A DNA stretch of 64,000 nt from Octopus vulgaris. Lineage: Eukaryota. The notes under the pieces were generated by a model. That model ran no database searches. It was not told the DNA's origin and saw only the letters and a list, made by a program, of their open reading frames with translations. Positions 1 to 11,774 of this stretch are shown in pieces. The stretch spans positions 30,752,001-30,816,000 of the forward strand of contig OX597828.1 of the NCBI GenBank assembly GCA_951406725.2, in the 5' to 3' direction. The position numbers and the translations under genes are program-made. Numbering within the stretch: position 1 is the first letter of the stretch; every line of letters begins with the position of its first letter.

Positions 1-56
1 AGTAATAATCGAATGTAGCAAATTTGTTTTTTGATCAACACATTCTCCATTTCCTG

Positions 57-90
<34 letters not shown>

Positions 91-119
91 TATATATGAA
101 TATATATATGCTATATATG

Positions 120-154
<35 letters not shown>

Positions 155-335
155 ATTAGAGAAAAAACACGATTATGTAATTCAAACAAAGGTAGACATA
201 AACCAAATCATAAAGAAAAAATAAAATATATTATAAAATATGTAACTAGATCACAAAAATTACAAAAAGCGAATAAACAATATATAATACTAAATTTAAT
301 TTTTTGCTGTAAGTTTGGAGTTATACTCCCTATCA

Positions 336-337
<2 letters not shown>

Positions 338-420
<83 letters not shown>

Positions 421-430
421 CATTATTATA
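338..430. repeat. (ATT)n microsatellite
   Basis: Direct reading; source of the poly-Ile ORF 208..531. Confidence 0.95.
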
Positions 431-438
431 TATATATA

Positions 439-550
439 TGTATACAAATAATAAGAGGAGGGATATAATATCCATGCAGATATGTAGTTAATGCTGTATA
501 CAAATAATAAGAGGAGGGATATAATATCCATGCAGATATGTAGTTAATGC
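439..550. repeat. Perfect 56-bp tandem duplication
   Basis: tgtatacaaataataagaggagggatataatatccatgcagatatgtagttaatgc at 439-494 and 495-550. Confidence 0.9.
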
Positions 551-677
551 GATCGAAGCACGAGTCGGACAATTATTATGAATAAACTAACTGGAAAGAA
601 ACAGAAAGTTTGAATGTTCAATTTCTTCATTCTCCTATTTATCAATATGCATATAAGTATGTATTAATGTACATACA

Positions 678-745
<68 letters not shown>

Positions 746-869
746 TATATATATTTATAGGTATATGTGTGTATGTATATATGTGTATGTGCGTGCGCGC
801 GTGGATATGTAAGTGTGCTGTTTGTGTGCATAATATATATATATATTTTGGGAAGTTTAAACAAGATTT

Positions 870-1300
870 CACAACGTATGAAATATGCAAAACAAAAATA
901 TAAATGAGAAACAGATATATCGGATGCTTGTGAAAAAAAACAAAACAATAACGATAACAATCTTCTTGAAGATATCTAGCGAAAAAATGTTTAGAAGCAA
1001 CGTCAGGTAAAATACGTAGGGGAAATTTCATTGGATATTAAAGAAAAAAAAATGATATACTGCAAAGAAGTACACAAATCAACGTTGAGACTATCAGATC
1101 TATTTATTCCCTCGAAAATATATGTTCGTCTGCTCGAAATACAAATTTGGTGTTGCAAATTATACAATAGTTAGAGTTTGCGTCCGTACAAGATGGGATG
1201 TCAAAATATGATTGTAATTTTTTTGTGCTGGTAGTTCTTTTTTCCTAATAAGTTGGTATACGGAGCCATGGCAACACCGTTACCTTCTAAGAGATAGAAA
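870..1300 (-). pseudogene. Possible decayed Cys-loop receptor-like remnant
   Basis: Minus-strand pieces EGNGVAMAPYTNL, FPLRIL, LDIFKKIVIVIVLFF in LBD-M1-M2 order; weak. Confidence 0.22.
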
Positions 1301-1759
1301 TACAGTTTAAATGCGATTGAAATGTGATGTTAAGTATGTGATTTGATGAATTACAACAATATGATTGAGTTTATTTACACTCTGGCAGAATACTTTCAAT
1401 ATATGTAAAATTGACTTCCTCTGACTCGTTTGTTTTTACCTACAATTATTTAACTTTTACGGAACAAAGACTATAACAGAAATAAGACAACCTGTGCAAG
1501 CTATTATTTCACTTGACGAATATTTACTCTGAAATACTTTGGACGGAAAACGTATGGGAAATTCAAAAAGCTCTCTTTGTGTTCATAGATTGATATATTA
1601 CAATAATGTAAATACAATTAATTTTTGGTACACATGTTTTTCATCTTTTACTGGTTTCATTCACAAACTGATACTGTGCTGGTAACACATTTTTTACTGT
1701 GATTGGTTTCTTTTTTCTGCATTGTTTCCAGGTAAGTAGCAAGTTAATGCAGCTAACTT

Positions 1760-2530
1760 CTTTGTTTCTCATTCCCCGAAGTGGACTCATCCAGTATTAC
1801 ACATAAAATTTATCTAAACCCTCTTTGCAAATCTCTACATTGACGCCTCACTTGGGTTGTTTAGTAGAATGTGGTAGCAGTGTAGGCCCTTGAAGCCTAA
1901 GATTTTCCAGAAGTGGCACACTATTCCAGATGGAGAAGACGTCATCTTTGTTACTAGGCATTTGTCTCAATTTCGGTGATTGATATAGCTTTCAATTCTG
2001 AAGTTGAGAGCAAGACATACCAGGATCTTCCATATATATATCACTGCATATATTTTGATTTGTGTCTCTGAGAAGTTCATTGCGCTTCTGCCAGTAACTC
2101 ATCTGTTGCACTAAGTCAGTCTTCACTATGTAGAATCCAGCCAGTAACTCGTCTGTTCAGTGTTACCATCTTGACAATATGCATATTCCGAGGTCGTAAA
2201 CCGACTCTGACTCTGAGACTGAATTACCCATATTTACTGCATATTCCGCTTGAATTCCGTAGGCCGATACTATATTGATTGATACCTCTCGGCACTGGAC
2301 TGAATGTTTTCATAACCGCAATTGCATTGTACATTCCAGTGCTTCAGCTTTTTTTATGATTTAATCAGAACCATTGACCTCCTTCTTCTGTATCTTCAGC
2401 ACAGCAGGTGAGCTTGTCTCAGAGACTCCACCAGGACTTCTTAGTTTAAATGCTGTAGTAGTTGGGTTGTACAGATTGTCTCTGGTCATCTGACCTGTTG
2501 AACGTTTCCATGCAACTTTCTTCTGGAAAT
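1760..2530 (-). mobile_element. CR1/L2-type LINE ORF2 C-terminal remnant
   Basis: Minus strand reads YAVIYIWKILVCLALNF and a LRLQGP-like segment, homologous to the LINE ends at 3690-4125 and 46953-47384. Confidence 0.65.
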
Positions 2531-2543
2531 TTGTGTATGAGTA

Positions 2544-2625
<82 letters not shown>

Positions 2626-2874
2626 CACTGACGTGTATGATCAGCCATCTTGTATTTTCTTTTCCTGTTGTATGTGTTTTATTTACGCATTCGTATACAT
2701 CTATGTGTGTCTATGTTTAGTAAGTGCGTGTAGGTGTTGTGTGGGGGGAGTGTCTGTATTAATTGTATCCACTGGTTATACACGTTCGTTTTATTTGTTT
2801 TTATTTGCTTTGTTCCTACTTTTTTATACCTACTTAGTTTTTCTATTCGCATATGTATACATGTATGTATATTA

Positions 2875-2940
<66 letters not shown>

Positions 2941-3011
2941 TATATATATAGATATAGATATATTGTGTGCAACTGTGTTTATTTGTGTGTGCGTGTGTGT
3001 GTGACTGATCG

Positions 3012-3376
3012 TTCATTTGTAATTTTATATTTCGTGACGGTTTTTTTGCCCCAACAAATCTCGCACTATATAATCATTCATACGAAGAGAAATTATGTTG
3101 AGAAGATCTTTACTAGACAACAAAATATAGTGTCTTTCAACGTCTTGCTAGTCTGGCCAGGCTCACGTTCTTAAGAAATACAACAATATGTATTTTAGCA
3201 CACGATTTCAAAACAGGAATGTGGTAAGCAAATACATAAAAGGAAGTATGCAGTTTTCGAATACATTCAGTATGTTTTCTGGGAAAACACACTGGGAAAT
3301 GACGTTTGTTTCTGAGAAACGTTGTCATATTTAAATCGAAAAGGAATCTCTCGTCCGGAAAAATCATAATTTCTAT
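3012..3376 (+). repeat. Left arm of ~370-bp inverted repeat (partner 5024-5414)
   Basis: 3047-3251 is the exact reverse complement of 5158-5362; flanking parts align but are diverged. Confidence 0.95.
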
Positions 3377-3404
3377 TAAATATATATGTAGGGAGAAATC
3401 ACGA

Positions 3405-3560
3405 AAAAAACAAAAGACGAAGACAGGTGGTGTTGAAAGCAAACAAATGTATTAGTATAACGCTCGGGAATTGAAAAAAGCCCTTTACGTTTCGAGCCTA
3501 CGCTGTTCCACAGAAAGGAACTCAGAAAGTAACAAGGAGAGAAACAAGGAGAGAAAAAAT
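3405..3560 (-). repeat. Dispersed repeat end with hammerhead-like motif (second copy 18720-18815)
   Basis: Shared acgctcgggaa...tttacgtttcgagccta-ct-tt-ca-agaaaggaa between the two loci. Confidence 0.7.
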
Positions 3561-3684
3561 GTGTGTAGTAGCTATACATACATATATGTGTGTCTTTTTG
3601 TGTGTGTGTGTGTGTGTGTGTATAATTGCAGCGTGGAAGGTATTTATAAGCCATTTAAGATCCACAAAAACCCTTAGATTCACT

Positions 3685-4125
3685 TTTCTTTCTCTAGTTT
3701 CAGTTCAGATTTGCGGCCATGCTGAAGCACCGCCGTTTTGCTACACTGTTATTACAAAGATCTTCCTCTAATATGTGGCACTTGGTGAAGAATGGAGTTT
3801 GATATAGCTACCCTCATTTGCACCTCTTGCCATGAGGTAGGTTCATATGGTACTCTCGACAGGAAGAGGTCCAGCTTTGATTTAAAACACCTACATCTAC
3901 TTTGTGCACGTCCCTCAGACACTTTTGGAGAATATTAAAAATCTGTGGGCCATTGAAACCAAGGCTGTTGCAGTAACTGGTTCTGAAGCGTGATGGCATT
4001 GCTGGTACCTTTGGCAGTATGCAGTGTCGTCCCGTTCTGGCACTGGTGTAGCTTTCAAGCCAAACTTTGGCACAATTCTTTCCAGGATCTTCAGGATATA
4101 TATTACTGCATACCTCTCCCGTAAA
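3685..4125 (-). mobile_element. CR1/L2-type LINE 3' end
   Basis: ORFs RERYAVIYILKILERIVPKFG and SRFRTSYCNSLGFNGPQIFNILQKCLRDVHKVDVGV, then 3' tail ggcggtgcttcagcatggccgc. Confidence 0.85.
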
Positions 4126-4235
4126 ACTGGGGTCACAAACAACATGCCGTATTAATACTGAGCAAAACAGGATTTATTTCACCAAATGTCTCTTGTAAAA
4201 TAGCCTGACGGTTGCATCACAACCAACAACTAATG

Positions 4236-4280
4236 CTTCACAGCCAGATGTAAGGACGGGTCGAAACGATCGTTGTGAAG
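4236..4280 (+). ncRNA. Degenerate type-I hammerhead-like motif
   Basis: 9-bp stem I CTTCACAGC/GTTGTGAAG enclosing CAGATGT...GAC-GG-GTC-GAAAC-GATC; followed by AATAAA at 4281. Confidence 0.45.
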
Positions 4281-4321
4281 AATAAAGATTTCACATTTTC
4301 TGTTTTTCCATATCTATCTCT

Positions 4322-4384
<63 letters not shown>

Positions 4385-4400
4385 TAATATATATGTCTGT

Positions 4401-4700
4401 AGAGGCACATGGCGTACTGATTAGAGCAACGGACTTGCGGTCGAGGTATCGCGGGTTTGAACCTCAGACCGGGCGATGTATGTGTTTATGAGCGAAACAC
4501 CTAAGGTCCACATGGCTCCGGCACAATGTAATGGCGAACGTATGCTGACTCTTTCACCACAAATTTCTTAACTCTTTCCTACTGAATCTTTCAGCTCAAC
4601 TGCAATGAACAGGAGTCCCGTCTAGGCGGGGTACCTATACGCCAAGGAAACCGGGAAACCGGCACTTATAAGCCAGGCGTGGCTCGAGAAGTAACAAACG
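4401..4700 (+). mobile_element. tRNA-derived SINE (family A)
   Basis: A-box-like TGGCGTACTGA and B-box-like GGTTTGAACC head; GC-richer body ending ggaaaccgggaaaccggc...gctcgagaagtaacaaac. Confidence 0.75.
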
Positions 4701-4760
4701 ACTGTTACTTCTAAACGATGAAACAAACAACAACAACAAAAACAATATATATATGTATAT

Positions 4761-4814
<54 letters not shown>

Positions 4815-4817
<3 letters not shown>

Positions 4818-5000
4818 GGAGTAAACACATAAATGTGAAACAAGGTGGAAAAAAGAGTACTCAAATACCAGTGGTAGAGTAATATGGTTTATTTAAAGCA
4901 GCAGAAAATTCAACAAAATCTAGCAAAAACTGTCTGATGAACGGCAACGAGAAACTCAGAGTAACAGATTTTGTTGAATTTTCTGCTGCTTTAAATAAAG
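4815..5000. mobile_element. Inverted pair of PLE-type terminal fragments containing a hammerhead
   Basis: Perfect 34-bp inverted repeat 4888-4921/4966-4999 around an HHR core. Confidence 0.6.
4929..4962 (+). ncRNA. Minimal type-I hammerhead ribozyme motif
   Basis: ACTGT-CTGATGA(4934-4940)-ACG GCAA CGA-GAAA-CTC-AGAGT: intact core, GNRA-capped stem II with one mismatch, stem I with one mismatch. Confidence 0.6.
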
Positions 5001-5023
5001 TATATATAAATATATATATATAT

Positions 5024-5414
5024 TAGAAATTATGATCTTTCTAGACGCTTTCCCTTTCGATTTAAAAGGGTTAGCGTTTCTCAGAAACAAACGTCATTTC
5101 CCAATATGTTTTCCCAGTGTGTTTTCCCAGAAAACATACTGAATGTACTTGAAAACAGCATACTTCCTTTTATGTATTTGCTTACCACATTCCTGTTTTG
5201 AAATCGTGTGCTAAAATACATATTGTTGTATTTCTTAAGAACGTGAGCCTGGCCAGACTAGCAAGACGTTGAAAGACACTATATTTTGTTGTCTAGTAAA
5301 GATCTTCTCAACATAATTTCTCTTCGTATGAATGATTATATAGTGCGAGATTTGTTGGGGCAGAAAAAAATTAAGAAAATAAAATAAGCGCCTCCGAAAT
5401 ATAAAATTACACAT
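5024..5414 (-). repeat. Right arm of inverted repeat (partner 3012-3376)
   Basis: See left arm; the same peptide QQISHYIIIHTKRNYVEK appears in ORFs on opposite strands. Confidence 0.95.
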
Positions 5415-5467
5415 GCACGGACAGCCCCGCCCCACACACTATATATATATTTATATATATATGTATG

Positions 5468-5514
<47 letters not shown>

Positions 5515-5520
<6 letters not shown>

Positions 5521-5656
5521 AAACGTTGAGTATAGAGCAAACATTAAATCTGGGTCAACGATTTTACACACATCGCCACTCCTCAGTGGTGTTGCGTTCG
5601 TGTGTAAAGTCATTGACCCAAATTTAACGTTTGTTCTATATCCAATGCTTCTTTAT
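5515..5656. repeat. Imperfect ~140-bp palindrome
   Basis: ataaagaaacgttgagtatagagcaaacattaaatctgggtcaacgattttacacac pairs with gtgtgtaaagtcattgacccaaatttaacgtttgttctatatccaatgcttctttat. Confidence 0.85.
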
Positions 5657-5740
5657 CTTCGTCTCATTTATATTCGATCACTTCTTTTGCAGTCCTATAA
5701 ACCCCTTTGTTTCTATAAGAAGGGACAAATACTATTCTTG

Positions 5741-5794
<54 letters not shown>

Positions 5795-5916
5795 AAAAAT
5801 ATACTTAATCATTGTTATATGTTTTATCTTATATTTAATCTTTCTATAATATGTCATTTTTCTTAATGATATAATTTAATTTTTCATTATTGATTGATAA
5901 AAGGTGGATTTTTTTC

Positions 5917-5993
<77 letters not shown>

Positions 5994-6016
5994 TTTATGA
6001 AATATCATATTCCCTC

Positions 6017-6083
<67 letters not shown>

Positions 6084-6094
6084 ATATACATACA

Positions 6095-6495
6095 CTCTTT
6101 TCTCTTTACTTGTTTCAGTCATTTGACTGCGGCCATGCTGGAGCACTGCCTTTAATCGAGCAACTCTACCCCGGGACTTATTCTTTTTGTAAGCCCAGTA
6201 CTTATTTTATCGTTCTCTTTTGCCGAACCGTTAGGTAACGGGGACATAAAAACACCAGCATCGCTTGTCAAGCAATGCTAGTGGGACAAACACAGACACA
6301 CAAACACACACATGCATACATATACATATATGCGACGGGCTTCTTTTCAGTTTCCGTCTACCAAATCCACTCACAAGGCTTTGGTCGGCCCGAGGCCATA
6401 GTTGAATACGTTTGGCCAAGATGCCACACAGTGGGACTGATCCCGGAACCATGTGGTTGTTAAACAAGCTACTTACCACACAGCCACTCCTGCGC
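6095..6495 (-). mobile_element. Octopus-type tRNA-derived SINE (family B), full length
   Basis: Minus strand gcgcaggagtggctgtgtggtaagtagcttg...ggttccgggatcagtcccac head, internal microsatellite, tail ctccagcatggccgcagtcaaatgactgaaacaagtaaag; homologous copy at 55231-55720. Confidence 0.9.
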
Positions 6496-6611
<116 letters not shown>

Positions 6612-7049
6612 AGTAGTTCATAATTTTATTCAATAAACAGAGACATAATCAATTCAATCAGCTTTATTTAGCTTTTTGTTTCAGTTGTTATCGAAAAGAA
6701 ATTTCAGGAAGCATTATTCGAGAGCGTAAAGTAAAATTGTTAGCATTAAATGGGCCCTATTGAGTATGTAATGTGATAATGTAATGTGCTATTAATTTAG
6801 AGAAATATATTAATTATTAAAAAATGAAAAACAGATAGAATGCAAATAGATAATTTTGATTATTGCCAATGAAAATATTGCCAATGAAAATTAATGATTT
6901 GAAAATTTGACTTTGAGTTTCATCCATTTGATAAAGACAGTACCAGTTAAGTACTGGGTCCTTGCAATCGGCTTAAACCCCCACCCGAAATTGTTGTCCT
7001 TGCGGCAAATTTTAAATCATCATATATATATATATAAAGAATAAGTTAT

Positions 7050-7490
7050 ATCGAGTGAAGGAATTTCATCATTTTTGGCGAGTAGCAATTGTTGCATTAT
7101 GTGATTGCATCGAAAGCTTCTCATTGTAGGCAAAACGTAGCAAGAGAGCGAAAGCCAGATCGAAAGTCCATAAAACAGATTTCTAGCTCTGATTAAACAG
7201 TCAGTGTTATCGTAAAAATCTACGTTGTGTCCTAACTAATGTTCGGTACAAATGTTGCGTCCATCAATAGCTAAAAATACATACATTAATATACATATGT
7301 AAAAGATATAAAGAAGCAACATTCATAGAAAATTTTTGGAAGAATACGTATATATATGAATTGAAATATCTGCATTGTCGACTTGTTTCACTTATGCTAA
7401 TCATGATTAAATATTTGGTGATAACGTTATAATTTCATGTTATGATTTTTTATGCTCTCTTAGTAGCAGGAAAGATAATTTGTAAATAAA
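7050..7490 (+). pseudogene. Possible decayed Cys-loop receptor-like remnant
   Basis: VISSEGISSF, LCDCIESFSL*AK (Cys-loop-like), later NVIISC..FLCSL / AGKII; weak. Confidence 0.28.
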
Positions 7491-7639
7491 TTGGGAAACA
7501 AAATATTTTCGAGGACGTAATCAATGAAGGCTATTATTAAAAACAGGCGAGTTAATTACCATATTGTCGGAAGATGAACTCATTTTTGTAGATTAAATAT
7601 ATATATGTTATGTACTAAAGTAATTATATCGTCCAATAC

Positions 7640-7925
7640 TGGTTGTATATTCATATTGAATTGCTGTTGATATTTTTCAATAAATGTAGTTTCTTTATCT
7701 AAGAGTTTTACAGAAGGTATTCCAGTGTATTTGTATATAGGAAAAACTTTCGAAGTCTTTTTGAAGATTCCCCGCGCATCTGTCTATGTGTTCGCTTAAC
7801 GTTATCTGTTGTTCTATGCCTGTGAAAGTATTTAAAGCTTCAATGAACTTTTTTTTTGTTTTCTTGATGCGTCCTGGTGTTTCTTCTTGATGGTTTTTTC
7901 AACCAGAATTTGATTGCTTCCATTC
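7640..7925 (-). mobile_element. Penelope-like fragment (RT piece fused to endonuclease C-terminus)
   Basis: Minus strand MEAIKFWLK..EETPGRIK..FIEAL joined to QITLSEHIDRCAG...FPIYK...TTFIEKYQ. Confidence 0.7.
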
Positions 7926-7939
7926 TACCGTCATGGGAG

Positions 7940-9150
7940 AATCCAATTCCTTAGACCACTTTCTTAACATAGTACTGAAACCCCTTCTGAAACATATCAA
8001 AAGTTTTATTAGAAACGATCTAGATATGCTACACAGCCTCCCCCAAACAATAAATTAAGCGGCAGTTTTGATATACTTTAATGGTACGAACATGTATGTT
8101 GATATCCCACATGAATGTGTATGGAATAGAAGAAATCGCCTTCTTATTTGAAAACTTTCCACAATGGAAACCAGGGCGCATCAACAAAGAATTTATAATT
8201 GAAGCATAAAACTGTATTCCCCAGAACAATAATTTCTTATTTGACACTAATTTCTATCAACGAATTTACGTGATTGCGACGGGATATAAAGTAGCCCCTG
8301 GTCTTGCGTACCTAGTAATGGGGGGGATAGAATTAATTATATCAAATATCACTACAAAAATACTGATACTCATTTTACCAACATCCAAGAGACAATTGAA
8401 AATAATATATCTATGATTGATTTGGAATGAAAGTATTGATAAACTATTCGACTTTAAAGCACTAATCAGCAGTATCAATCATAATGTATAATGTAATACA
8501 GTAAAGGAAGTCATCGATTTCATGATACTTTAAGAAATAATCGTCAACGACCAAGTTAATAATCTGACTATTATAAACCCAGTTACTCGAAGTAATGAGT
8601 ATATTTAACTTATAATACTCGAAACACATTAAAATTAACATCTCATTAAATTTAGCGAATTGGATTTGCACAAATGTGTCAGATAAATGTGACCGGGACC
8701 TACGGCTTCATGAATTCAAACTATTCAAGCAGAGAGACATTATTCATCTTCTTTAATAGGTGATGAAATGAAACGTGTCAAGAGTCTCGATATCCAGATA
8801 CTAAAAGGAGTCAAACGAAATAACACACCCCATTTTAAAATACTACTCTATAATTCTACCCACAACTCTAGAAATAATGACATATATCACACTATTATTT
8901 ACAATTTAGATATTAGGAAACCTAAGGCGAAGCAAATTCTCCGCACATACAAATTAATCTGAAGTAAAAAGGGACAGGGACAGCCAAATTCACTAAACTG
9001 ACGAGTGCATAATTATATTGAACGACAAGCGAACAAAAGTTATGGAACACTCTTACACACGCGAAGGTTCAGAATTGCATTTTAAACTAGAAAAAACATT
9101 CAAAATTAAGACTACGATTAACTCTGCATCGGAAACAATGTGATTATTGC
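7940..9150 (+). mobile_element. Penelope-like element RT remnant
   Basis: LDHFLNIVLKPLLKHIKSFIRNDLDML..NMYVDIPH..NNNFLFDTNFYQRIYVIATGYKVAPGLAYLVMG..IWNESIDKL..NLANWICTNVSDK; many stops and frameshifts. Confidence 0.85.
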
Positions 9151-9601
9151 TTGTCTTTTTATATCATCTTTTTCTGTCTATCCGCTGTGATTTTGAATTC
9201 AATTTAAAGTATATTCATTGATTGGACATATCAAACCTTTATGCCAGCCGTTGCCATTAGTTACTTAATGGAAATTCTTTATATCAAATATGAAAAGTCT
9301 CCATACTCAAATCACAGTATCACTTAAATAAATATCATGCACTAAGGACACCCACTGCTCTATGGGAGACGCAGGACCTGGCAGTGATAATGAAGGACAA
9401 GGACCTTTTGAGAGAACTCGTCCATGGATCTAGTAAATTTTCCCGCGCTAAATAAATAGATAGAGAGAGAGAGATAGACAGAAGAGAGAGAGAGAGAGAG
9501 AGAAAGAGAGTATTCAAACTACAAAAAAGAGCCGTTAGATGTTGAATGATTCACCACAAAAGATACATTAAATATATCTATGTGCATAGTTCAGACTGCA
9601 A

Positions 9602-10862
9602 CTAGGTTGTCAAGAAAGTACATACGGAATTTTTAAATTTTGATTTTAAATGACGTATTTTCAATTAAAGTTTCGTTAAATTACTTTGACTTTATATATC
9701 ATTTTAAAGCCCGTTTTCGTTCTATCTAATCGTGTTGCTCTTTTTCCTTTTGAATAATTAGGTCATTTTTTTTGAATGTTGAATACAACATGGAAAAAAA
9801 GCAAATTCGCACAATGTTCTTATTCCAGTTAAAGCTAGGCCGAAAAGCTGCTGAAACAGCTCGCGATATCAACGATGCGTTTTTCCCAGTGACCACTAAT
9901 GAACGTACAGCACAACGGTGGTTCAAGTAATTTTGTAGCGGAGACGAGAGTCGTTGAGATGATAAGCGTAGTTGTCGGCCATCGGATGTTGACAACGATC
10001 AACTAAGAACCTTAGTCGAAGGCAATCGGCGGACAACCGTTCGGGAGCTTGCTTCTGAATTAGACGTAACGTACACGACAATTTCCAACCACTTGAAAGA
10101 GATAGGAAATGGGTGCCGCACGAATTGAACGACAACCAAAAGAAACGCCATTTTGAAGTGTCGTCTTCCCTTCTTTTACGCAAGAAGAGCGACCCATTTC
10201 TCGACAGGATTGTGCCTTGAGATGAAATATGGATTCTTTACGAAAACCGACGACGCTCAGCTGAGTGGTCAGATGCCGACGAAGCTCCACAGCACTACCG
10301 GAAACCAAAGTGGTACCAAAAGAATGTCATTGTGATTGGTAGTCTGCAGCCGGTGTCATCCATCACAGATTTTTGTATCCAGGCGAAATTATTACGGCAG
10401 AGTAGTACTCCCAGCAAACGGATGAAATGCATAAGAAACTCCGACAACGACAGCCAGCATTGGTCAATAGAAAAGGACCAATTCATCTCCGCGACAACGC
10501 TCGGCCGCACGACGCACAACTAACCCTGCAGAAGTTGAACGAATTTGGCGACGAAACTTTGCCTCATCCGCCATACTCACCGACCTCTCGCCTACCGACT
10601 ACTACTTTTTTAAGCATCTCGAAAACTTCCTGCATGACAAATGCTTCAAAAACCAAGACGATGTCAAACACGCCTTCACCGACTTCATCGCCACCAGAAA
10701 GCAGGATTTTTACGCTACTGGCATAAATAAACTTGTTTCGCGTTAGCAAATGTGTGTTGATTCTGATGGTGTTTATTTCGATTAAAAAAGTTCCGTTTGA
10801 GACGAGATATGTGCATCTGAATTTAAAGGTTAAAAATCACAAGTACTTTATTGACAACCTAA
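9602..10862 (+). mobile_element. Full-length mariner transposon (Hsmar1/cecropia-like), inactive
   Basis: TIRs taggttgtcaagaaagtac / gtactttattgacaacctaa plus TA; ~1.26 kb. Confidence 0.93.
9790..10785 (+). pseudogene. Mariner transposase pseudogene
   Basis: MEKKQIRTMFLFQLKLGRKAAETARDIN..KWVPHEL..FLDRIVP*DEIWILY..RDNARPH..LPHPPYSP; stops and frameshifts. Confidence 0.93.
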
Positions 10863-10910
10863 TACATATCCTCATCGTAGCAAACATATCCTCATCAGCA
10901 TAACACCCAC

Positions 10911-11700
10911 GTGGTCATCACGTTTATCTTCATCATAAGCATCTCCAAACAAAACACTTTTTCCATTGTTTTTTGCGAGTCAAAACTGTTTCAATATTTT
11001 GGGAGGAATAAATGCAAATATACGCAGACACAAGTGTTTATGATTTTGTTACATTTGTATTGGGGCTTATGCGTCATTCTGTTACGTTATATACGCTTTG
11101 TATATGTACTTGAAAATAGTAAATACATATGCTGTTCTGTATTTCCCATGGATAATGATCTGGCTTGAATAATTATGAAACTTAATTAATTACACTTGTT
11201 TGAACTGTTATCATGCGACAATGCACCTGTCATGTTTCATACCAAATATTCCATATTTCAATCGTAAAATGGGAACGCTACCAAATAAATAGTATATTGC
11301 CTATTACATCATATATATTTATATGTTATACTACAATTGCTTGGAAACAAACCAAGTTTATGTATATCATGGTGAATGATCAGCAATTAAACAAGTTAAT
11401 ATATATCTGCTGTTTGTACATAATTCAATATCTTTATCACGAATATACTGAAATATTTGCTTAAAGCTATTCCTCTGTAACCGTAACAGATGTATTTAAA
11501 CGTTATTACCGAATATATTCAAATATATATCTAATAGTTTTTGTTTGAACACTACGTGTAAAATTGCATGAAAAAAGTTATATTATGTTGTTTATTAGAT
11601 TAACTGTGGAAGATGCTGTTTCCTTCCAGTATTTGTAGTACATTTATTTATCTCTCTTCACATGCGTCTCATTTTTTTTTTCAAATTTCGAATTGTATTC
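10911..11700 (+). pseudogene. Decayed intronless Cys-loop (nAChR-like) receptor remnant
   Basis: Hydrophobic N-terminus, ESKLFQYF, DNDLA*(W), LHLFELLSCDN, NGNA, YCLLHHIY, TLLPNIF (M1), LIVFV*..HEKSY (pre-M2) in expected order. Confidence 0.45.
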
Positions 11701-11774
11701 AGCAGTTTTGTTTTCCTCTTACGTCTTCACGGACTCAATTAAATAATTACAAATCAAGAAAGCGTTAGTTTATA

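Noticed and set aside
564-646. Similarity to 44180-44260 as evidence of a segmental duplication
   Set aside because: Only ~80 bp and flanks do not align by eye; probably an old dispersed repeat.
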